From: an uncultured bacterium
Lineage (GTDB): Bacteria; Chlamydiota; Chlamydiia; Chlamydiales; VFKH01
DNA length: 64,000 nucleotides
NCBI GenBank assembly: GCA_964596685.1
Contig: CAZQVA010000001.1
Span: forward strand, 836 to 64,835
Direction of reading: 5' to 3'
Shown: in pieces, positions 1 to 7,065 of the stretch
Numbering within the stretch: position 1 is the stretch's first letter
Layout: the number at the start of each line of letters is the position of its first letter
The notes under the pieces: generated by a model
What the model was told of the DNA's origin: nothing
Seen by the model: the letters and a program-made list of their open reading frames with translations, nothing else
The model's database searches: none
Translations under genes and position numbers: made by a program

Positions 1-1316
1 TAACTGGCTTCTGTGTAAATATTATCTTTAAACTCATGATATATCCGCGCCACCATTTGCCACTCGGACTGCCATTTAAAGGAATAATAATTAGGAGAAG
101 GATATAGGTACCCCGCCTGACGATATTGCCCTGTAACATCAAACCATTTTGTGCACCATGGCACCCCTACGCGGGTAAAGCCGATCCATTCATATTTATG
201 ATTGTCTAATGAATCATTAATCCACACCCATTCAAAAGAAGACCCAAGCCACCATGCATCCTCGCAAACTTCCTTTTGGATAGCTCCCGAGGCATGCCAT
301 TGCCCCATCATCTCAGAAGTATAGTTAGAAAAATCTTTAATAATAATCGAATCGTTATAGGCCGCCAGAAATAAAGAGGCTGTGGTCCACTCTTTGACAA
401 AAAGGACGCCTGGCTCAAAGCGAGTGGAGGAAAGGAAATCAAAATAGGTAAAACCACGCCCCTGCTGACTCTGTTTCACACGCAAATAAGAACGCATGCG
501 ATATCCATCTGACCACTGATTTTCCAGCACTGTCTCAAGACCTATCACCGTCGTATTAAAATTATTCCCCCCCAAAACAAGGTTCTGTTCCTGTTGTTGC
601 TGCATAAATGGCTGTAAACTGAGCCGACTGGCATCACTTAAAGGAATAAAAAATTTGACACGATCTTCGAAAAATTGTCCCTGTGTTGTATAAACATTAT
701 AGATAGAGCTTTTTTCCTTAGAATTTGCATATTTTAAAGAAAGCTCAACGCTAGGAGCAACAAACTCTTTGGAGGCCAGCCATAGTTTCCATAAACAATC
801 AGAAGGAGCTATCATTAGGGCTCGACTTAAGATACAGTAGGCTTTATGAAATGCGCACTGTGCTAAATACACTCTTCCAAGAGCCTCGAGCGCTTCTACT
901 GAACAAGGATCGATTTCAAGAGCGCGGTGAAAAGCAACACTTGCTTCAAAAGGACGCTCTTGCCAAAAATATAGCTGCCCTAAAAGGACCCATGCACAGC
1001 AATAACGAGGATTTTTTGCTAACAAACTCTGTACGCGGCATTCACTTTCACACCAGCAACGATTCCACGCTTGTACGCGCGCATAACATAGTTGATGCTC
1101 CAAATTATCTGGCTCAAGACGGATTACTTCATCCCACAGTGCAAGGGCTTCTGGATATTTACTCTCATCTTGCAATTGATGCGCTTGCTCAACGAGAAAA
1201 TCAATTTCATAGGCCTCTATGGCGAGGGGGCTCGTCGCCATGAAAATTACACCCATTGTGATCCAATATGCTCTGAGTATCGAATCGTTTCTCATTCTCT
1301 TAGTTTTCTTTCTCAT
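1..1316 (-). CDS. TPR-repeat protein with aromatic-rich C-terminal region (putative outer-membrane beta-barrel); 3' end reaches window edge
   Basis: My reverse-strand translation is open from ATG 1316-1314 (alternative ATGs at 1295, 1256, 1241) to base 1, at least 438 codons. It is absent from the ORF track because no stop lies in the window. The N-terminus MRKKTKRMRNDSILRAYWITMGVIFMATSPLAIEA is signal-peptide-like. TPR-like helices follow (AWVLLGQLYFWQERPFEASVAFHRALEIDP, ALEALGRVYLAQCAFHKAYCILSRALMIAP). The remainder is W/Y/F/G-rich (FEWVWINDS, YEWIGFTRVGV, YYSFKWQSEWQM). Confidence 0.6.
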   Translation of the reverse strand, partial: MRKKTKRMRNDSILRAYWITMGVIFMATSPLAIEAYEIDFLVEQAHQLQDESKYPEALALWDEVIRLEPDNLEHQLCYARVQAWNRCWCESECRVQSLLAKNPRYCCAWVLLGQLYFWQERPFEASVAFHRALEIDPCSVEALEALGRVYLAQCAFHKAYCILSRALMIAPSDCLWKLWLASKEFVAPSVELSLKYANSKEKSSIYNVYTTQGQFFEDRVKFFIPLSDASRLSLQPFMQQQQEQNLVLGGNNFNTTVIGLETVLENQWSDGYRMRSYLRVKQSQQGRGFTYFDFLSSTRFEPGVLFVKEWTTASLFLAAYNDSIIIKDFSNYTSEMMGQWHASGAIQKEVCEDAWWLGSSFEWVWINDSLDNHKYEWIGFTRVGVPWCTKWFDVTGQYRQAGYLYPSPNYYSFKWQSEWQMVARIYHEFKDNIYTEAS

Positions 1317-2070
1317 TTTTCTCTTTCACTGGCATAAACAAGTCACACGCAAGCGTGAAAAACATCAACATACCTGGGTTATGAGCTATCTCAAGGCACT
1401 GGCCTCCCAATCGCCCTTACCCGCTGCTCCTGAGTTTTTCAGTCCCCATATACTCTTAGATCTTTTAGAAAAGCTCAACCGTAAAATTAAAGGGGCCTAC
1501 TGGGAAGAAACAAAAAAAGCCTGTGTCATGCATCACCTCATTCCCTCTTGCCCTGGATGGGCAAAAAAATGGCACGTGCACCAACGCATTGAAGCCCTTT
1601 TCACCCTTCCACTTGAGAGTAAAAATATCAATCCATTACCCTTATTAGCAAAAGAACATTCACTCAAAGAGAGAGCTGTTTTACTCGAGCGTACACGACC
1701 CATTTTTTGGGGAAATGTATTACCCATTATTGAATCTGACTTAAAGGCAGAATGTCCCTTGCATCGAATAAAAGCTGTACGTGCTCTTTTAGCTTTTCCT
1801 ACAAAACGTACCATACCTATTATATTGTCTCATATCAAAGATCCTAGCTTGCCACTAAAATGGTTAGTTTTAGAGGCACTACCGTGGTTAATGAAAGAAG
1901 ATGCCATCTTTTTTTTAGAAAAATTTCTCTTTGCCTCACACCAGCATACGCGCCTTTTAGCTGCTATGGCCCTAAGGCGTCTGGGAACATCCGGTATTGA
2001 AAGCTTAAAAAAACATAAAACACCTGAAACTACTTACGCATTAGCCCACCCTTTTTATGACCACACTTAA
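1219..2070 (+). CDS. membrane-anchored HEAT-repeat-like protein
   Basis: 283-aa ORF. A hydrophobic helix lies near the N-terminus (IVIQYALSIESFLILLVFFLIFLFHW). The C-terminal half has HEAT/PBS-lyase-like repeats (IKAVRALLAFPTKRTIPIILSHIKDPSLPLKWLVLEAL, HTRLLAAMALRRLG). ATG 1240 is an equally plausible start. The 5' end overlaps the divergent 1-1316 gene. Confidence 0.6.
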   Translation: MARGLVAMKITPIVIQYALSIESFLILLVFFLIFLFHWHKQVTRKREKHQHTWVMSYLKALASQSPLPAAPEFFSPHILLDLLEKLNRKIKGAYWEETKKACVMHHLIPSCPGWAKKWHVHQRIEALFTLPLESKNINPLPLLAKEHSLKERAVLLERTRPIFWGNVLPIIESDLKAECPLHRIKAVRALLAFPTKRTIPIILSHIKDPSLPLKWLVLEALPWLMKEDAIFFLEKFLFASHQHTRLLAAMALRRLGTSGIESLKKHKTPETTYALAHPFYDHT

Positions 2071-4054
2071 AGATTATCTCTCTCTTATTGAAATCGTTCG
2101 CCATCACGATATTTGTTATTATGTCAAACATCAGCCAGAAATCAGCGATGAAGAATATGACTACCTCCTCTACCGCTTGATCAAAATTGAGCAGGAACAC
2201 CCCGAATGGATCATTGAAAATTCGCCTACGAAAAAAATTGGGGAACGGCTGACTTCAGGATTCAAAAGCGTCGCTCATAATTTCCCCATGTTATCCTTAG
2301 CAAACACCTATTCTTATAATGAAATTCATGAATGGATCAAACGGATTGAAAAGAGTGTCCCTCACCCAGCGTTTGTTACTGAATTGAAAATGGATGGTAT
2401 TGCAATTTCTGTGATCTATGAAAAAGGGCGCTTTATGCGAGCCATTACGCGCGGTGATGGCTATTTAGGTGATGATGTAACTTCAAATGTACGCACTATC
2501 CACACCCTTCCGCTCATACTCAATGAAAAGATCGACTATCTTGAAATCCGCGGTGAAGTGTTTATGCCCCATGCATCTTTTTATGCCCTCAATAAAGAGC
2601 GCTTAGAAGAAGGGCTAGAGTCTTGGGCAAATCCTCGCAATGCCGCTGCAGGTAGCTTAAAACTACTTGATCCCAAAGAAAGCTCCAAACGCAATTTGCA
2701 AATCACCTTCTATGGGTTGATGGATCCTCTACGTTATCACATTGAAACTCAGTGGGATGCACTTAGATTTATGAAAAAACTAGGACTGCCTGTCAATAAA
2801 GAGGTTGCCTTATGTCACAATTTTGAAGAAATCACGCAATTTGCTGATAAGATTGCAGAAAAGCGTTCATCACTCGACTTTGATATCGATGGCATTGTAG
2901 TTAAATTAAACTCTCTTCACGACAGCGAAGAGATGGGCTATACAGGCAAGACAGCACGATTTGCCTTTGCCTATAAATTTACGGCAGAACGTGCCGAAAC
3001 ACGCCTATTGGATATTACATTGCAAGTTGGCAAAAGTGGCGTCATCACTCCGGTGGCGGAACTGGATCCCGTCTTCCTTGCTGGCAGCACGATTAGCCGT
3101 GCGACACTACACAATTTTGATGAAATTAAATCCAAAGATATCCGTCTAAATGATACCGTCGTTATACAAAAAGCTGGAGATGTGATTCCTCAGATCCTGG
3201 GCGTGGTGCGTGAAAAACGCCCACAACATTCGACTCCCTGGCAAGCCCCCACAACGTGCCCCTGCTGCCATACGCCCTTAATTCACAAGGAAAACCTCAT
3301 CGCGACTTTCTGCCCCAATCGCCATTGCCATGAGCAAAATATGCGACGCCTTATTTTCTTTTGTAGTAAGTCCGGGCTCGATATTGAGCATTTAGGAGAA
3401 CAAATGGTGCGTTTACTGGTTGAAAAACAACTTGTCAACACCTTTGCCGATTTTTTTCATTTACAATTTGATGATCTGGCAGCTCTTGAAGGGCTTGGTG
3501 AAAAATCAGCCCACAATATACTTGCAGCTATCAACGAAAAACGCACCCCCCCCCTCGCACGTCTACTGGTCGCGCTTGGCATGCGCCACGTAGGGACAAC
3601 AACCAGTGAACTTTTAGCCCACCATTTCGTAAGTCTCGATGCACTGATGCGAACAGATGAGGCGTCCCTTGAAAAAATAGATGGTATCGGCCCTAAAACG
3701 GCTCATGAAATTGTTTCCTTTTTTAAGGATCCTTCGCATCAACAAGAAATCCAGTTGCTATTGCATGCAGGAGTCACCATTGCTACCCCCAAAGCAAAAA
3801 TTGCTTCTCCGGGTAGCTTTTTTGCTAATAAGCACTTCGTATGCACAGGAACCTTAAGCCACTGGACTCGGCAAGAGGCCTTTGATGCCATTGTAGAGCG
3901 CGGCGGCATCATTTCAGAGACATTAAGTCGCAAAACCGACTATCTGATTGCTGGTGACAAAGCGGGCTCCAAGTTAGAAAAGGCCCGCAAACTCGGCGTA
4001 CAGGTCCTTACAGAAGAGGACTTTAACACAGAACTCAAGAAGGAATCTGTATGA
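2057..4054 (+). CDS. ligA: NAD-dependent DNA ligase
   Basis: 665 aa. It has the adenylation motif KMDGIAISV (KxDG), the Zn finger CPCCHTPLIHKENLIATFCPNRHC, a helix-hairpin-helix region and a C-terminal BRCT domain (FVCTGTL...YLIAGDKAGSKLEKARKLGV). Confidence 0.97.
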   Translation: MTTLKDYLSLIEIVRHHDICYYVKHQPEISDEEYDYLLYRLIKIEQEHPEWIIENSPTKKIGERLTSGFKSVAHNFPMLSLANTYSYNEIHEWIKRIEKSVPHPAFVTELKMDGIAISVIYEKGRFMRAITRGDGYLGDDVTSNVRTIHTLPLILNEKIDYLEIRGEVFMPHASFYALNKERLEEGLESWANPRNAAAGSLKLLDPKESSKRNLQITFYGLMDPLRYHIETQWDALRFMKKLGLPVNKEVALCHNFEEITQFADKIAEKRSSLDFDIDGIVVKLNSLHDSEEMGYTGKTARFAFAYKFTAERAETRLLDITLQVGKSGVITPVAELDPVFLAGSTISRATLHNFDEIKSKDIRLNDTVVIQKAGDVIPQILGVVREKRPQHSTPWQAPTTCPCCHTPLIHKENLIATFCPNRHCHEQNMRRLIFFCSKSGLDIEHLGEQMVRLLVEKQLVNTFADFFHLQFDDLAALEGLGEKSAHNILAAINEKRTPPLARLLVALGMRHVGTTTSELLAHHFVSLDALMRTDEASLEKIDGIGPKTAHEIVSFFKDPSHQQEIQLLLHAGVTIATPKAKIASPGSFFANKHFVCTGTLSHWTRQEAFDAIVERGGIISETLSRKTDYLIAGDKAGSKLEKARKLGVQVLTEEDFNTELKKESV

Positions 4055-4680
4055 TTAAATGGGTTGTACTACCCCTCAACCTATTCTTAATGCTTACAGC
4101 GTGTTTTGCAGCACCTTGTGAAATCATTATTATTCGACATGCCGACAAGTTATCGACTCATCCAGGCATGTTTTTATCAGCTAAAGGCCAACTTCGAGCC
4201 GAACGATTTGTCAATTACTATTTAACAACATTTCCTGTTCCCGATTTTATTTTCGCGACGAAACCGGAAGTCCCTGGTACAACCTTGGACTACATCGCTT
4301 CAGCGCGCCCATTACAAACGGTTATGCCACTTGCAAATGCACTACAAGAGCAAACCAGTAGGACTATATATATATATTATCCTTATTCTGATGAAGAAGG
4401 AGCTACCTTGGCTCAGGACTTACTGCGCAATCCACAATATGAAGGTAAAGTTATTTTAATTTGTTGGCAACATAGTAGGATAAATCTACTAGCAAATGCA
4501 CTAGGGGTAAAAGATGCATTAGAAAAATGGCCAGAAGATATTTATGATATGGTATATGTCTTGAAATACAACACTGATGAGGAACTTACAGCCTTCCAAA
4601 TCCTAAAAAACCAATATCCCGTAGATGAAAATCCCGACTGGAAAGAACTCGGTGTCTGCAATAAAGTGAATTCGATTTAA
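4051..4680 (+). CDS. secreted histidine-phosphatase (PGAM-like) superfamily protein
   Basis: 209 aa with an ATGA overlap on the ligA stop. The N-terminus is hydrophobic and signal-like (VVLPLNLFLMLTACFAAP). IIIIRHADK resembles the RHG catalytic motif of the histidine phosphatase superfamily. Confidence 0.7.
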   Translation: MIKWVVLPLNLFLMLTACFAAPCEIIIIRHADKLSTHPGMFLSAKGQLRAERFVNYYLTTFPVPDFIFATKPEVPGTTLDYIASARPLQTVMPLANALQEQTSRTIYIYYPYSDEEGATLAQDLLRNPQYEGKVILICWQHSRINLLANALGVKDALEKWPEDIYDMVYVLKYNTDEELTAFQILKNQYPVDENPDWKELGVCNKVNSI

Positions 4681-4692
4681 AAGCAAACTCAC
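4666..4692 (+). repeat. 27-nt conserved hairpin (mini form of repeat family 4) spanning the stop codon of the 4051-4680 gene
   Basis: GTGAATTCGATTTAAAAGCAAACTCAC. Near-identical 27-mers occur at 26524-26550 (GTGAAGTCGATTTAAAATTGGACTCAC) and 59768-59794 (GTGAGTCCGATTTAAAACCGAACTCAC). All three sit at gene 3' ends. Confidence 0.5.
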
Positions 4693-4704
4693 ACAAAAAA
4701 AAAG

Positions 4705-5002
4705 GGTGTAATTCAAAGTGTTAGATAGCTATTCAGAGCTAGAATGGGAACTCTTCTCCGGATTCAGTAGGTAACCAATGCCAAAAAATCCTTATTTCCC
4801 CCTCTGTGCGCCCTGTGGGCTCTGTGGTTCAAAAAATAACACGAGTTTAAATAAAAATATTTACCACAGAGCCCACAGAGCGCACAGAGGGTGTATAAGC
4901 TTTTACACATTATTCTGAAGTAGAATTAATGGGACTGGAGTGGGTATTAGAAGAATGTGCGTCCCTAGTTTTTTCATCCTTCCTAACACTTTGAATTACA
5001 CC
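4705..5002 (+). mobile_element. MITE-like non-autonomous element, repeat family 1, copy 1 (298 bp)
   Basis: It has perfect 20-bp terminal inverted repeats: GGTGTAATTCAAAGTGTTAG (4705-4724) and CTAACACTTTGAATTACACC (4983-5002). A9 runs flank both sides (4695-4703, 5003-5011). An internal 28-bp imperfect stem (4800-4827 / 4864-4891) surrounds an AT-rich loop. Homologous copies lie at 22614-22855 and 35046-35351. There is no credible internal ORF. Confidence 0.8.
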
Positions 5003-5041
5003 AAAAAAAAACCCGACATCCTCAATTAAGTGGATATCGGG
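5003..5041 (-). terminator. rho-independent terminator of rpsI
   Basis: On the minus strand, CCCGATATCC-ACTTAATTGA-GGATGTCGGG (one mismatch) is followed by T9, and it begins about 44 nt after the rpsI stop. Confidence 0.6.
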
Positions 5042-5084
5042 CTCACCATACACTCTCCATAAAGAGCATAAAGAAGAAGAAAAA

Positions 5085-5474
5085 TTATCGTTTGGAGAAT
5101 TGGAAGCGCTTACGAGCACCAGCAAGACCGTATTTCTTACGTTCCTTTTTACGAGGATCGCGTGTAAGAAATCCGAGGCCTTTCAATTCGGCGCGGCGCG
5201 TTTCTTCTTCACCTACCAACGCGCGGCTAATCCCCAGGCGCGTTGCAATCACTTGACCTTCAATACCACCACCGCGTACGCGAATGATAAGGTCATATTT
5301 GTTCAATAGGTTGAATTTTTCTAGAGGAGCAAAAATTGCTTTCTGCTGCAATTCTAGAGGAAAGTACTCTGTCAAAGATTTCCCATTCACATCAACCTTT
5401 CCTGTACCAGGGCGAAGGCGTACAGAGGAAACCGCAGTTTTTCTACGACCAGTTGCGCATATTTCTTGTAACAT
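5085..5474 (-). CDS. rpsI: 30S ribosomal protein S9
   Basis: 129 aa. The sequence [12 protein letters not shown]...GGGIEGQ...[17 protein letters not shown] is a typical S9, including the C-terminal KR. Confidence 0.97.
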   Translation of the reverse strand: MLQEICATGRRKTAVSSVRLRPGTGKVDVNGKSLTEYFPLELQQKAIFAPLEKFNLLNKYDLIIRVRGGGIEGQVIATRLGISRALVGEEETRRAELKGLGFLTRDPRKKERKKYGLAGARKRFQFSKR

Positions 5475-5489
5475 AAAAGCAGTCCCTTA

Positions 5490-5921
5490 TTAAATCTCAA
5501 CAGTTACAGGATTCTGACTCTTCATGTCATGGTCCTGACCTTTTACAATGCGCAGACGCTTCAACTGAACTTTAGCCAAACGATTTTTTGGCATCATACC
5601 GGCGATCGCATGTTCAAGGATGTAAGCGGGATTACGGGCAAGCATAATTTCAAAAGGCGTTTCGCGCATACCACCCATAAAACCGGTGTAGTAGCGATAC
5701 AGCTTCTGAGCTTTTTTAGAGCCAGTAACACGGATTTTTTCAGCGTTGACGATGATCACACCATCGCCACCATCCACGTGTGGGGTAAATGTAGCTCTAT
5801 GCTTTCCTCTGAGAATCTTTGTGACTTCAGATGCAAAGCGTCCCAATGTCTTTCCAGTCGCGTCAAGGCGGATCCACTGATGTGTGACCTGCTCTTTTTT
5901 CAACATAGTTGTTTTATTCAT
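5490..5921 (-). CDS. rplM: 50S ribosomal protein L13
   Basis: L13 signature [39 protein letters not shown] prefer ATG 5921 (MNKTTMLKK) to the track start 5963, which adds 14 non-conserved residues. Confidence 0.93.
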   Translation of the reverse strand: MNKTTMLKKEQVTHQWIRLDATGKTLGRFASEVTKILRGKHRATFTPHVDGGDGVIIVNAEKIRVTGSKKAQKLYRYYTGFMGGMRETPFEIMLARNPAYILEHAIAGMMPKNRLAKVQLKRLRIVKGQDHDMKSQNPVTVEI

Positions 5922-6060
5922 GGATGAACCCAAGCAAAAGAATGAATGGGCATATGTTAACAAAGGCGCTTCATTTACTTCAACAAAACCTTTTCAGAAT
6001 TTTGTTCCGTCTTCAGATGCAAATTGCATTCTGATTGATCTGCCGTGTATAATTATTTTC

Positions 6061-7041
6061 ATGAATAAAGAGCCTTTTGCAAAACTATCCATAACAGGAC
6101 CCGAGCGAGAGCTGCAGGATTCAGAAAAAAGCGACGCACAAATGGCCACAGCCACGCGTAAGGAGTTTTCTCTGAAGATGGCTACTAGGCAGCCAGTCTA
6201 TGTTGCTGATAGTTTTGCAAAAGACTCTAAAACCTTCTTCGATCAATACACCTCTTGGAGTGAAGCTGAGCTTGCATGGGATCAAGGACATGAAAAGGCG
6301 AGTGTAGAATCCCCCATCAAGCGCCTTGATCGCCTTCCTCAAATGGTAGGTATCACGCCTGAAACAAAAAAAAATCTCCTCTGGAAGAGCTTGAAGTGGA
6401 TTTGGCAAGAGGATCACGATTATGCCATACGAAAGGGCTTTTTAAGACATCCTTTACGCAATGGTTTTCGATTTCTAAAATCGATTTTTTCTAAACAATC
6501 CTTTCAACAAAGTGGCGACCTCTTTTTTTATGGTATTAAGAGCATCAATGATTTCAAAAAAGCCCTACAACGCGATGATAGCTTATTCGTCATTGGATTT
6601 TCTTACTGCCACAAACCCTTTGAATGCCCATCTGGTAGATTTACCGACCAATGTCAACGCGACTTTAACCATCCTGTATGCCGTCAATGCTTCATTGGTA
6701 AAAGTCTTAATGCCCTGCACCCGACAAATAGCGTCGCTCTTATCATTCCTACCATTCATTATATTGGCGGGCGCATCTTTGATCTCCTTAAAACTCATAA
6801 GGGTAAATCCATCAATTTCTTAATCACAGCTTGCGAAATGACTTTGACAATGTTTGGCGATTTAGGCAATATGGCAGGTATTAAGGGGATTGGTATTAGA
6901 CTCGATGGACGCATTTGTAACACCATGCGCGCTTTCGAGTTATCCGAAAAGGGAATTAAACCGGGACTCACTGTCGTTCTACCTGAAACGCAACGAACCA
7001 TTCTAAAACTACTCCAACATCACCGCCAACACTCTTCATAA
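6061..7041 (+). CDS. cysteine-rich conserved protein, DUF116-like
   Basis: The ORF is open from 5884, but that start overlaps rplM, so ATG 6061 is more likely. The Cys cluster FSYCHKPFECPSGRFTDQCQRDFNHPVCRQCFIGK, followed by a Gly-rich segment, resembles my recollection of the DUF116 family. This is unverified. Confidence 0.55.
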   Translation: MNKEPFAKLSITGPERELQDSEKSDAQMATATRKEFSLKMATRQPVYVADSFAKDSKTFFDQYTSWSEAELAWDQGHEKASVESPIKRLDRLPQMVGITPETKKNLLWKSLKWIWQEDHDYAIRKGFLRHPLRNGFRFLKSIFSKQSFQQSGDLFFYGIKSINDFKKALQRDDSLFVIGFSYCHKPFECPSGRFTDQCQRDFNHPVCRQCFIGKSLNALHPTNSVALIIPTIHYIGGRIFDLLKTHKGKSINFLITACEMTLTMFGDLGNMAGIKGIGIRLDGRICNTMRAFELSEKGIKPGLTVVLPETQRTILKLLQHHRQHSS

Positions 7042-7065
7042 GATTAAAACAGGAGTGTCATATTT

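Noticed and set aside
851-1337. Plus-strand track ORFs 851-1243 (130 aa) and 1092-1337 (81 aa)
   Set aside because: They lie entirely antisense to the much longer, TPR-containing reverse-strand frame (1-1316). They show no motifs and are most likely shadow ORFs.
4800-4891. Possible CRISPR-like periodicity (tandem CTCTGTGNGC 9-mers) inside family-1 elements
   Set aside because: The units are only about 9 nt long and have no spacers. They form the two arms of an inverted repeat within a TIR-bounded element, there is no leader, and there are no cas genes. This is not a CRISPR array.
4910-5125. Minus-strand 71-aa ORF
   Set aside because: It spans the family-1 MITE end, the rpsI terminator and the rpsI 3' end. 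It has no RBS or motif and is spurious.
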